This document shows positions 46,582 through 58,392 of a stretch of DNA of 64,000 nucleotides, one piece after another. The notes beneath the pieces are model-generated. The model was not told the origin of the DNA. It saw only the letters and a list, made by a program, of their open reading frames with translations, and ran no database searches. This DNA comes from Naegleria gruberi (lineage: Eukaryota). Each line of letters opens with the position of its first letter. The first letter of the stretch is position 1. The stretch lies in assembly GCA_000004985.1 (NCBI GenBank), contig GG738851.1; one strand, written 5' to 3'. The position numbers were made by a program, and so were the translations under genes.

Positions 46582-47872
46582 TTTTTTTAAAGTGGGGAAT
46601 CAAAACGTGACGCAAGAAAATGTTAAATTTAAAGGACATGACAACAATCCTCTGAAACCCAAACGTGAAAAAGTTATTTTTGGAACGTGAAAACTGTTCT
46701 AAAAGTTGTTGAGGTATTGTAATTAAAATTGATTCAGATAATTGTAATTTGTAATTGTTTTGATTGTGAGTTTACAAAAGTCTAACATTAATTCGAAAGG
46801 AATGGACGAATCTAATGTTACAAAATAACTCACCTCTCCCATAATCTTTTCCAATCCTTTAATCTTTTTCATTATTTGTTAAATTTTGGAATGATTTGAG
46901 TTCAACAAGAATGAAAGAATTAATCTATATTGATTATAAAAAGTTGAAAGAGGAGAGCCATATTACATCACTAATTAATGATCCATGGTTTTGTTTATTT
47001 TCCCTTTCTTTTAAAGTTTCATTATAAGATTTATGAACATGTTGTTTGTAATACTTTGGAAAATCTTGTGAAAAGATGATAATGTGAAATAGAAGATGTT
47101 CAATCTTTGGAGTTTTACCACTTTTGATTGGATGATATTTAAAATAAGTTTAAGATATGAAGAATCATCATTGTTACTGACAGCAGGAATAGCTTTGAGA
47201 AATCTTGTATGAATCATGAACATGATCACAATTGACGAAACTAACTTCGAAACGATCATGTTCATTCTCATCCTTAATCTTCTTGGGAATAAGTTATTGG
47301 CAATTCCAATTGTCTTTCATTGCATTATTTTTGCAAAGATGATGTCTTGTTAGCTGGAATTTCAAGTTTTAAGGTAACATAAGGAAGAAGATCATTGGGA
47401 ATAGTAGTGTCTTGAACATCTTCTTCCGTTGATGGTAGAATAGGAAATAATATCTTCTCTTTTACGTATTTTTTTTGAATTAAGATTTGAATCCTTAGCC
47501 ATCTTTTGTTGTATATAATGGAAAGTTTGATCAATTATTGAAGCAGGAATCAGATAGGAAACATATGACATAGATAGTAGAAGTTTCGAAATGATTGGAC
47601 GATGACCAATCCTTAATTTCCAAAGCCAATGTATTGCGTGTTTTGAATGAATTTAATTTCAAAAAACCTTAATAAAAAGAGCATCATAGTACAGCTCCCC
47701 ATCAGTTATTCAAAGGAAAATTCGACACTGTGGGATCTGATTAAATTTATGTTGTTTGAATTGAAAATGTTTAACTTTGATTTAAAGAAATTATATTGAA
47801 TATGCAATGGAAGAAAAGAATAGGAAATTGAAAGAATTTTAATACTATTAAAGGCAAGAAGTCACCTATTAT

Positions 47873-49285
47873 TTGATCATCAAACTAATGTGTTCTTCAG
47901 AATTGAATTGTAAAATATGCTCTGGATGTTGTTGTATTATTAAAATAGATTTTAAAAAAATGTTAACATTCATTCTCTCACTCACAATTCCCTTGTTAAT
48001 TATTGTATATTTATTTAAAGACAAATTATTAGGAGGAGGTGGTGATGGTTCTATTGATAAAACCAATAATAATAATACAACAATAACAAGTGATGATCAA
48101 TCTTTTAATAATACAACAACATTAACATCAGGAAAGAAAAAGGCTTCTTCAAACACTCAACATCATACAACAACAACAAATAATGAAAAGATTCAAGATT
48201 CCAATTTAATAGTAGAAGCATCAACATTAAAAAAGAAAGTACAATATCAAATAACTAATGATGATGTATTAGATTTATCAGTATCTAGAAATTATACAGC
48301 TATATTAAAAAAATCAGAGAAAACTATTCGTATCTATAAGAATGAATTACTTGTTAAAGATAATAAGAAATTTTATGATATTGAAATTGGAAATGTTAAT
48401 GATTATGGTACTTCAATAGCATTAACAGAAGAAGGTGATTTATTAGCTGTATCAATTGATTATGATAATTTTATTAAAATATTTAAATTAAATATTAATA
48501 ATACAAATAATACAAATAATTCAATAATTATAGATAAACCAATACAATTACCATCTGAAAAGAAAATGATAAAATCAATGAAATTTTCATCTAATGGTAA
48601 ATATTTATTTGCTCAATTAGAAGGATGTGATGATATTTCAATTTATAATTTAAATAATTATCAAGTTGAAAAAATTAAAACAGGTCAATTAGAAAATTAC
48701 ATGTTTTCTTTAACTGAATCATTTTTATGTATTGCTGGTTTTGCTTCTATTATTAAAATTTATAAAATATTAAATGATTCAAATTCAAATTCAAATACTT
48801 CAAATGAAAAGAAAAAGAAAGATCATCATCATATAAATCATATAAGTAAAGGTAATACATCTAATTGTATTAAATATAGAGAATTAAGTGGATGTAAAAG
48901 TAGTGTTATTCAAGTAGATAATTATAAAAATTTAATATTAGCAACAACATTAAAAGATGAAATTATTAGATTATTTGATATTGATGAAAATGAACATTAT
49001 ATTTTATCTGAATTAAATATTAATCAATTAACTAATAATAATAATATTTCTAATTTTAAACAAGTATTTATTTGTAATGAAAATATATATTGTGGTATTG
49101 GTTTAAATAATGAAATTGTATTTTTTGAAAGAAGTGAAAAATCATTTAAATTAATACATTTAATTAAACATACTTGTTTACAAAATACTAATATTTTAAA
49201 GGCTTGTTTAAATCCAAAAAGAAAAGTTTTAATTACTTGTTCATCGGATGGTTATTTAAGAATGTGGAAAGTACCTTTAAATTAA
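47873..49285 (+). CDS. Hypothetical membrane-anchored protein with a WD40-like C-terminus. The likely start is the internal Met at about 47960 (MLTFILSLTIPLLIIVYLF)
   Basis: A signal-anchor helix is followed by an N/T-rich linker. The region then looks like a beta-propeller and ends SSDGYLRMWKV, a WD terminal motif. Confidence 0.5.
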   Translation: MIIKLMCSSELNCKICSGCCCIIKIDFKKMLTFILSLTIPLLIIVYLFKDKLLGGGGDGSIDKTNNNNTTITSDDQSFNNTTTLTSGKKKASSNTQHHTTTTNNEKIQDSNLIVEASTLKKKVQYQITNDDVLDLSVSRNYTAILKKSEKTIRIYKNELLVKDNKKFYDIEIGNVNDYGTSIALTEEGDLLAVSIDYDNFIKIFKLNINNTNNTNNSIIIDKPIQLPSEKKMIKSMKFSSNGKYLFAQLEGCDDISIYNLNNYQVEKIKTGQLENYMFSLTESFLCIAGFASIIKIYKILNDSNSNSNTSNEKKKKDHHHINHISKGNTSNCIKYRELSGCKSSVIQVDNYKNLILATTLKDEIIRLFDIDENEHYILSELNINQLTNNNNISNFKQVFICNENIYCGIGLNNEIVFFERSEKSFKLIHLIKHTCLQNTNILKACLNPKRKVLITCSSDGYLRMWKVPLN

Positions 49286-49417
49286 TAAATTTAATTCTTT
49301 TATTTTATTTAATTATTTATTTATTATTATCTATTATTTAATTATTATTTTTAAATGTCAAGTATCATCAATGCATCCATCATCATATTAAAATATTTTA
49401 AAAAAAAATAACAAAAA

Positions 49418-50050
49418 ATGATTAGAATAAATGATGATGAAGAACAATTATATGAACCACTCGGAAATAATCAATTTCAATCAAATGATGATCATCAATA
49501 TACAAATAGTAGAATTAAAAATTTAAAAATTAAAATTGAATATTTTATAATGAATAATATTTTATTTATTACTCAATTTTTAATTGGTATTATTTCTACT
49601 ATTTTATATTCTATGATTATTTATATTTTATATTATAATAATTATGTAAATATTAATAGTGAATCATCAGATATAAATAATATTAATTTAACATTTATAT
49701 TTTTATTATTAATTAATCCATTAGTAATATTTACATCAACATTTAGTTATTATTATTTTAAAATATTATTATTACAATTTATTATTTTATTTATTTATTT
49801 AATTATGGTTGTGTTTAATATTTATTTTGGAGTTAATATTTTTAATTTTAGTAATTTATTATTGGATTTTATTCTAATTTTAATGATAATTGTTGAAATA
49901 TTGTCACTTTTAATAAATTGTAAAATGGTTTGGAATTTGAAATATTTACAACAACCATCAACAGTCCAACAATCATTACAAGACAATACAGAAAGCTCAC
50001 AAACAGTAGATAAAGAAACCTCATTTGAGTCACAAGATCAATCCAAATAA
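49418..50050 (+). CDS. Small polytopic membrane protein (hypothetical)
   Basis: A 210-aa ORF with 4-5 strongly hydrophobic I/L/F-rich segments, flanked by hydrophilic termini. The sequence is very AT-rich, so confidence is limited. Confidence 0.4.
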   Translation: MIRINDDEEQLYEPLGNNQFQSNDDHQYTNSRIKNLKIKIEYFIMNNILFITQFLIGIISTILYSMIIYILYYNNYVNINSESSDINNINLTFIFLLLINPLVIFTSTFSYYYFKILLLQFIILFIYLIMVVFNIYFGVNIFNFSNLLLDFILILMIIVEILSLLINCKMVWNLKYLQQPSTVQQSLQDNTESSQTVDKETSFESQDQSK

Positions 50051-52392
50051 AAAATGAAATTTACTTATATAAGAACATACAGAGCTATCGTTATTGAAAA
50101 TGCCAAAACCATTGATTGTCGGCATTCTTAGTATTATTGGTATTCGTTTTCTACCAAACTGAAGTAGGAAACACAGTGTTCAACTGTAAACCCACCAATG
50201 AATATCTTATCTGGTACGGATTAAAAACAGTAGAACAGAAGCATTCTCAAAACATTTCCAAACAATAAGCTTGTTTCATACGATACACTGGAGTCTTCAT
50301 TACTCTGTAAACTTGGCTTCTGTTTTGGCAGTAATTACGTTACGGTCTGTATTTTGAAAGTTAATTGATAAATACATAACTTGGTTTGTTAGTATTTTTT
50401 GAAGCATCAAAGAACAAGAACACCAAGTTTAACTTTTTGTTTTTGATAGTTGTGTATTATCTCTACCTGCGTGGGATGTGTTGGTCTCATGTGGTGTATT
50501 TCATTTTTGCGTCTAAAACACAAAACGTGCCACTAGCACCGTAATCGAGTAATAAGTCTTATGTCCAATTTATTTTGGAGCAAATACTTTAAGTACTTGT
50601 GTTGAACAGATGATAGAGCTTAGGTTAACTACAAATACAGTAAAAGGCATCATACTTGGTAAGTATATATACTGGCACATGCTTTACTTGGATTCGATCA
50701 CAATGTTAAGTGTTATTACTAACCTAAGTGGTTATCAGTGTAACAATCCGAAACGCGTTCGACAAAGATTAAAAATGAACCATGTGATAGTAATGATGCA
50801 TATTTGAAGCTCATCTAATATTTGATGTTTCTTGAAAAGAGAATATTGTTTACTACGTCTTTAATATTTTAGTATAACTATATTTTATCATGTTTGTTCA
50901 TCGGTATATCTAATCACCAAACCGTACAGTTACTATCTAGTACTATATTGTATCAGCCACGTAACATAGTATTGGGGTTTTTAGATACGTGTTACTTGTT
51001 TTTCAGATTTCTTTTAGTTATTATTCCAATTTGCTTTCTCTCATTTTTTTGCTCTGACTTCTGTTCGATATCTTTTTCTGTTTCATTAAGCGTACACCAA
51101 AGATTGATTTCTTGAAAGGTTAACAAAAAGTCACGTTGATTCCATGCAGATGAATAAAAGTTATGAGTACGGTCAGTTTCGATCTGACGACCAGGATACT
51201 GTGTATCTAGACATGATCTTTTTTTTAGACACACTTCAAGAGCCTCCTTGCTCTCCCTCTGAGCTACATACTCAAAGCATTAAGTAAGAATTAGAATATT
51301 GAGAATGAATGAATTATTTGTGTGCAGTTTTATTTTGGTATTTTTTATAAAATCTAATTTTTGAGTTCAGTGCATGTTCTTTATTCTACAATCATTTACA
51401 ATAATCTGTTTAGTTGATTGACATGGTAAGTAATTTATTAATTATTCGATCTTTCAACAAGCACGTGAGTTATTCAAGTAGCAAATCAAGGATTCAAATT
51501 GGATCTGTCATTCAAATAATTAAGAATTCTTTTTAAATTTTAATAACATCTTGATGTAAGTTTAAGATATTTTCCAATTTGTTGAATTGGCAACAGTGAG
51601 AACTGTAGAATTGATGACCTGTCGTTTTGAATTGAAGCCATTGAGAAATTGTAATGTCTTAATGTCTGCTTGCTGCCCAACTCCAGTCAATCTTGTAGGT
51701 GTGAATTATTTATTGCCTAATTAAATCAGAAGATACCTCAAGACGGAAGGTAAAATGTGAGAAAGTACGGTTCACACTTCGGTAGCAATAACATTGAAAG
51801 ATAGTAACAATTGTAAAAGTAAGGCAAATCATTCCTTTCTTTATCCAAAACAAAAATCATCATACATGAAATAAATTAATGATAAAATATCACATGTTGA
51901 CAATTGTAAATATTATTGTAAAAGGTGTTTCAACTCTGTTAATATCAAATCAATTTAGTATTGTTACCAAACCTACTTTGGAAAATTAAAATAGAAGTCA
52001 AGATAAAAATGAACAAGTTTCCAATTTTTATTTTATTTCTCTCCTTCCAAAATGATAGTCATCATTATCACTTTGAATTTTTTAAAGAAGATTATCCACT
52101 TTGAAGATTCTCAACCTACCTCTAACATCCTAATCATCAAATGATTACTTGATCATCATCATTAGCTAGCTTACACATTGTCATCATCTCTTCACCCGAC
52201 TACTGCATTTTAAATAATTGAAGAAAATACAACAAATCAAAAAAAAAATCACAACACATTTAAAGCTGCTTCAAGTTTTATTTGATACTAGTCTATTTTT
52301 ATTGTGATCATTCCTATCATATTGTATTCATACAACAACCATCTATCCATCTAATCTTCTTAACAATCAAACAATCAAACAAAAACATAACA

Positions 52393-54234
52393 ATGAGTGC
52401 AACAACCAATCAATGGGCAAGATTATCAGGTGCTCAAGTGAGTAGTCAATTGAAAATTCCACAAGGTGATTATGCTAGACGTACTAAAATTGTAGCCACC
52501 ATTGGACCTAAAACACAAACAGTTGAAGCCTTGTGTAAATTAATTAAAGCAGGTGTAAATACAATTCGTATGAATTTCTCACATGGTAGTCATGATTTCC
52601 ATAAACAAACAGTTGTTAATACACGTATTGCAGCATCACAATGTGATAATGCCATTGTTGCATTAATGTTAGATACAAAAGGACCTGAAATTAGAACAGG
52701 TTTATTAGAACAGGAATTTAATCCTGATGGTATTGAAATTAAGACTGGTCAAATTATTGATTTCTATTGTTGTCAAAATACTGAAGAATATGCAAATTTA
52801 AAAGGAAAATATTTACCTAAAATTGATAATCAACAAGTTATGAATCATTTAAATAGTTTAAATACTATTGATATTTTAACTGCTAATTTAGTTAATCATC
52901 AACTTCAACTTCAACAACAACAACAAGACAATGATGGTAATAATAGCAATACTTCTAATACTACTTCTAATACTTCCAATACAAATAATGTAACAAATAA
53001 TACAGTTGATATTATAATGAATCAATTAATGGAACAAACCATTCCACCAACACAACATTCAACAACCTCAACAAAGAAATTGATTGATATTTCTTTTGAA
53101 CATTCACCAGTTTCAATTACAATTGATTATAAGAATATGTATAAAGTATTAAAGAGAGGAGATGAAATTCTAGTTGATGATGGTTTAATTGCATGTCGTG
53201 TCATTGAAATTGAAAAGACAATTATTCGATGTGTTGCATTGAATGGTGGATTAATTGGTGAAAAGAAGGGATGTAATTTACCAGGTGTTATTGTTGATTT
53301 ACCAGCATTAACTGAGAAGGATATTGGTGATTTGAAATTTGCAGTTCAACACAATGTTGATTTTATTGCTGCTTCTTTTATTAGAAAAGCACAAGATGTT
53401 TTAGATATTAGAAAATGTTTAGGATCACGTGGTCAGGAAATTAAAATTATTTCCAAAATTGAAAATCAAGAAGGATTAGATAATTTTGATTCAATTCTTC
53501 AAGTGAGTGATGGTATTATGGTTGCCAGAGGAGATATGGGTGTTGAAATTCCATTAGAACAAGTAACATTGGCACAAAAAATGATTATTGCCAAATGTAA
53601 TATTCATGGTAAACCTGTTATTACTGCAACACAAATGTTAGAATCAATGATTAAAAATCCGAGACCAACACGTGCCGAGGTGACAGATGTTGCTAATGCT
53701 GTATTTGATGGTACTGATAGTGTCATGTTATCAGGTGAAACTGCTAAGGGTGATTATCCTGTTGAAGCTGTTCAAACAATGTCACGTATTTGTACAACAA
53801 GTGAATGTTTATTAGATGAGAGAAAAACATTTAATATGATTAGAGATGCTGTTTTGGAATTGAAAGGTAAAATTTCAGTCACTGAAACTATTGCTTCAAG
53901 TGCTGTTAAAACTGCCAATGATGTTCAAGCTGGTTTAATTATTACAATCACTGAAACTGGTAATACTGCTAGATTAGTAAGCAAATATAGACCAAATCCA
54001 CCATGTATTGCTGTTACTCAAAATAAGTCAACTGCACGTCAATTAATGATTTCACGTAATGTTTTCCCTGTCGTTGTTGGTTCTGTCATTGGTACTGAAA
54101 CTGTTATTGCTCGTACCATTGAAAGTGCAAAGGAAAAGAAATATGTTGAAGAGGGTCAATACGTTGTTGTTACAAGTGGTCACATTGAAGGTGTTGCTGG
54201 TCAAACTAATATTTTAAAGGTTTTCACTGCTTAA
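52393..54234 (+). CDS. pyk: Pyruvate kinase (613 aa) with a Q/N/T low-complexity insertion in the B-domain region
   Basis: Signature motifs: TKIVATIGP, IRMNFSHGS, MVARGDMGVEIP, KPVITATQMLESM and SGETAKGDYP. I take the start at MSATTNQWARL (52393), not the ORF-track start at 52282. The sequence up to the ORF-track start is promoter-like. Confidence 0.9.
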   Translation: MSATTNQWARLSGAQVSSQLKIPQGDYARRTKIVATIGPKTQTVEALCKLIKAGVNTIRMNFSHGSHDFHKQTVVNTRIAASQCDNAIVALMLDTKGPEIRTGLLEQEFNPDGIEIKTGQIIDFYCCQNTEEYANLKGKYLPKIDNQQVMNHLNSLNTIDILTANLVNHQLQLQQQQQDNDGNNSNTSNTTSNTSNTNNVTNNTVDIIMNQLMEQTIPPTQHSTTSTKKLIDISFEHSPVSITIDYKNMYKVLKRGDEILVDDGLIACRVIEIEKTIIRCVALNGGLIGEKKGCNLPGVIVDLPALTEKDIGDLKFAVQHNVDFIAASFIRKAQDVLDIRKCLGSRGQEIKIISKIENQEGLDNFDSILQVSDGIMVARGDMGVEIPLEQVTLAQKMIIAKCNIHGKPVITATQMLESMIKNPRPTRAEVTDVANAVFDGTDSVMLSGETAKGDYPVEAVQTMSRICTTSECLLDERKTFNMIRDAVLELKGKISVTETIASSAVKTANDVQAGLIITITETGNTARLVSKYRPNPPCIAVTQNKSTARQLMISRNVFPVVVGSVIGTETVIARTIESAKEKKYVEEGQYVVVTSGHIEGVAGQTNILKVFTA

Positions 54235-54410
54235 TTGTATATTTATATTTAAATAATAATATGATATCATATGTATCATTCTATAGTAGATTTATATAAT
54301 AAATAATATTTGTAACAATTTTAATGTTCTACAAATATTATTGATTCATTTCATATAGGAGTTAATTTTATTAAGAGTTGAAAATCTCAATATGATACAA
54401 TTTAATTTAT

Positions 54411-55565
54411 TTAATAATTTGGATCTAAAGGATGAGTTTGTCTTTTTGAAGGAATATGAAACGTTGTATAATTTCCCTTCTTATCATCATGTAAAATATC
54501 TTGAACATAATTAATTTGTCTAAAATCTCTTCGTTGTATAGGAAAAGTGCTTGATAAGGCATGACCACAATTTCCTCTCGTTTCTAATAAAGGTTCTCTT
54601 GTCCAATTTGATTGTTTTGGTAAAGTAGCTGGTTTACTTCCTTCAATTTCACCAATTTCTCTTCCAATATTTGATTTTTCATAATCATAACGTGGAGAGA
54701 GGGGATTTGTTGATCTTCTTGTTGAAAATTTCCATTCATCATTAATATCCTTAACATTAATCTTGTCAATTTTATGTTTTTCTGGAATTCTCTTTTGATA
54801 ATCAGATCTATAAAAGCCTCGTACAGCAAAATCACCATAATCTTCTGGATGATTTATATCATCACATGTAATTGGATCTCTTGGAATTGAATTTTTCTTT
54901 CTTTCATTTGCTAATTTCTTATTTTCATCATAAATAATATCATCAACTTTTAATATATCTTTAGGTGGTCTCTTTTCAAATAATTCAAATTCAGGTGGTT
55001 TTCTAGTTGGTTGTCTTACACTTGGTAATTTATATATTGGATTTAATGGATTTAATTGTCTATTAAATATTACATTATTCTTTAATGGTTTGGATCCTTC
55101 TATATCATCATTATTTAAATTAAATGTATTCGTTTTATGTACTTGTTGAGGTATTAATTGTTGAGGTTTATCTATTGTTAATAATGAATAATCTTCCTTA
55201 TTAGTATATTGTTTAGATGATGATGAGGAAGAAGATATAGAAGAACGATTTGTATATTGTTGATGTTGTTTGGAATGGGTTAAAGTATTATTATTATTAG
55301 TTGTATCATTGGATCTTAAATTTGTTGTTGATGATGAAAATACTACCTCCGAAGGCTTTTGAGATAAATCTCTTCTAATGGCAAAGTCTGTTCTTGCAAA
55401 GGGTGATGTTGTTACCCTTAAACGTTCCGCTTTTAATGAAGCACTCTCTATTGTTGATAGATACATGCTAGAATGTAAATGAGTGGTGTGCTGTTGTTGT
55501 TGATAGTGAGGATTTGAACCTCCTCCACCACCACCAGCATTATTTCTAAAACTTGATGTTGCCAT
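54411..55565 (-). CDS. Hypothetical S/N/Q-rich protein (384 aa)
   Basis: A clean ORF with a poly-G start (MATSSFRNNAGGGGGGSNPHYQQQQH) and poly-S tracts. It has no recognised domain. Confidence 0.5.
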   Translation of the reverse strand: MATSSFRNNAGGGGGGSNPHYQQQQHTTHLHSSMYLSTIESASLKAERLRVTTSPFARTDFAIRRDLSQKPSEVVFSSSTTNLRSNDTTNNNNTLTHSKQHQQYTNRSSISSSSSSSKQYTNKEDYSLLTIDKPQQLIPQQVHKTNTFNLNNDDIEGSKPLKNNVIFNRQLNPLNPIYKLPSVRQPTRKPPEFELFEKRPPKDILKVDDIIYDENKKLANERKKNSIPRDPITCDDINHPEDYGDFAVRGFYRSDYQKRIPEKHKIDKINVKDINDEWKFSTRRSTNPLSPRYDYEKSNIGREIGEIEGSKPATLPKQSNWTREPLLETRGNCGHALSSTFPIQRRDFRQINYVQDILHDDKKGNYTTFHIPSKRQTHPLDPNY

Positions 55566-55934
55566 TTTTTTAAGGCTTTATAAATTGGCGCTATGTTTTT
55601 TTACTACTTGTCGTTAAACGTTCTTTTTTTCAAATGCGTGTACTGTGGTGATGCTGGTGAGGATGGTGAAGAAGGCTATTGAGAGATTCCATCAATACAT
55701 TTCCATCTCAACAACATTATATCAGTTATTGCTGTTGTTGTTATTATTTACTGTAAATTTTAAATTCATCCTTATTCTTTTCAATGTAATAATATAATAA
55801 TATAATATATGTAATATAAATATAAAGTTTATTTAATGACTATGACTACTACTACCAGTACTGTAGTATTTGTATCAATTTAATAATAAAAATAATATTA
55901 TATATAATAATATTTAATAAATTAATAAATTAAA

Positions 55935-57335
55935 TTAATTATTTTTTGGTTTAACTTTAAAAGCATGAATATTTAAAGTAGAACAAACTTGATGAATGAC
56001 ATGATATGCCATATGAATATAACAAGTAATAATAAATAATAAACATGAATGCATTAAAATGATCATAATATTAGAATTATCATTAAAAATAAAACAAGTA
56101 ATTGATAATAATAGAGTAGGTAACATGATAATGAACCATGAAGGTGCTAATGCTCCACAAACTCTAGCAAATATTAATCTAGTTTGAATATAAGAAGCAC
56201 TTAGACCATAAATCATTGAAATTGAAATGAAATATGTTTTAACTAAATATGGAACATTAATAATAAATATAATATATAATAAACATGTAATTAAATATGA
56301 AATTAAACCCATCAATGCACCACTAACACCACCAATAACATACATTGTTCTATGTGATCTTTTACGTGTTGAATGTGATGCAAATTTTAAAACTGTTTTA
56401 ATATTATTAATTATAATTGATGCTCCTAATAATGTTGCAATTGTAATTATTAAATAATTAAATTGAATATTTAATATATTATTATTATTAATAATTGTAT
56501 TAGTTATATTATCAGTATTATTATTATTTGTAAATAATTTAAATAAATAATAATAAATAATATTATTATCATTTCTATAAATAGTAAAAACAACAGTTGA
56601 CCATGAAGATTGACCCATTATAAAAGTATAAAATAAAATAAAAATAGCAAACATGATAGCTTCAGTTGGAGAATTAAATTTACCAAATCTCATTTCATCT
56701 GTAACATAATCTTCCCAAATCATCATCATACTTGTCATGTAATATAAAATAATAACAATTATAGAATAATATGAATTACCTAAATCACATGAACTAACAA
56801 GTATAATACATTGAAAATATCCAATTAAAGCATCTAATCCATGATCAAATAATTCTCCTAATGCACTACTATTTTTAGTATTACGTGCATGTTTACCATC
56901 TATAGCATCCATTGTTTGATAATAAAATAAAAATATTCCATTTAATAAATATACAATTGATGGTACTTGATTTTCTAAATTTATATTATAATATATTAAT
57001 ATTATCCATCCTAATATTACTCCTAAAAAACCTAATAATGTTACCGTATTAGGTGCTACATTATTAGGTATTAATTTAGCACAATATTCCCAATATGGTT
57101 GCATGTCTATATTTTAATTTTATATTATTAGATTATTAGATTATATATTAGATTAGATTGATTATAGATTGGATTGATTAGATTAAATGATGATTTAATT
57201 GTTATTATTATTATTATTATTAAAATATTAAAACTTACAATAAGATAAAATAGAAGCATCACCACTTTTATATTTATAATTTTTAAGTGATTCTTTAGCT
57301 TCTTCTGTTAAATAGGGATATTCATAAAATACCAT
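55935..57335 (-). CDS. CDP-alcohol phosphatidyltransferase (choline/ethanolamine phosphotransferase, CEPT/CPT-like), 2 exons: join(55935..57106,about 57239..57335)
   Basis: Exon 1 reads MVFYEYPYLTEEAKESLKNYKYKSGDASILSY|GTAAGT. This resembles the CEPT1 N-terminus (..LKRLEEHRYQSAGRSLLEP..). The 132-nt AT-rich intron ends ..ATATAG. Exon 2 carries the catalytic motif DAIDGKHARNTKNSSALGELFDHGLDAL and several TM helices. Confidence 0.8.
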
Positions 57336-57698
57336 TCTATAAGAAGATTATTGTTAACAGAATAAATGATCAATAGAATTGAGAGAGAGGCAATTATAAT
57401 ACGTCTGGTACAAGTGATTGCTGTATTTTTTTTTGAATTTTGAAAAATTGTTGTTCAGCAAGAATGATTCTTTTATGATTAGTTAATCAATGGGATTGAT
57501 TTCAAGTTCATACTGTTCTTCTCATTGTGATGTTGGTGATAGGAAAAATTGTTGTTGTTTAAAAATAATTTCATGTTCTTTCTGCTGAGCAGAAGGTTAC
57601 CAACACGTAGGCAAAAGAAGGAAAAATTTCCTAGGGAAATATTATGCAACCAGTGATTGTTCAAATAATAATTTTCCTAGAATTCAAACCCCAAAAGA

Positions 57699-57772
57699 TG
57701 CCTCCCTTGGGAATCGAACCCAAGACCTCTGTCTTACTAGGACAGCGCTACTGCCAACTGAGCTAGGAAGGC
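57699..57772 (-). tRNA. tRNA-Thr (anticodon AGT)
   Basis: The reverse complement reads GCCTTCCTAGCTCAGTTGGCAGTAGCGCTGTCCTAGTAAGACAGAGGTCTTGGGTTCGATTCCCAAGGGAGGCA. It has a 7-bp acceptor stem with one G-U pair, anticodon loop CT-AGT-AA and a T-loop GGTTCGATTCC. It is 74 nt long. Confidence 0.85.
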
Positions 57773-58392
57773 TTGTGATTTTTTATTCCTTTTATCTGTT
57801 AAATTACCAACCTATTTTTGATCATACTTGAAACCTTTTTACTTTCTAAATGCATTTAGCTTATCACTTCACCTTCAACTTTATCAGCCACATTCATAAA
57901 CATGTTTTTCCAACCTCCAATGTTAGAAAGTCACCCTATAGATTCCCAATGGATTAGATTGACAGATATTTTTCATTGTAAAGCAACGCTGCAGTTTAAA
58001 AATAAATAGAAAAAAATATTTTTAGCCCTCTATCTTTAGAACAAGGCCATCAAGCAGCTTCAACGTTGAAAAACCGTTACTCTCTAGCCTCTCTAGCAAG
58101 AAACCAACGCTATTATTAGCAACATCTTTTCAAATTCTATTATTACCAAATAATTTGATCTCATCACCCGATTCACACAATTGTTTGAATAATACTTCTT
58201 CTTCATCTCTACATTGTTACATTCAGCCTTCCGATATATTATTTATTAATTAATCACTGATATTTACTACTATATCATCAAATATATATTACTCTACCAT
58301 TACTACTATCAAATAACAATAATAACAACAATCAATTAATATCAAATAACAAGTAATAACAAGTAATAAGAACATTCAATTTTAATAACAAA

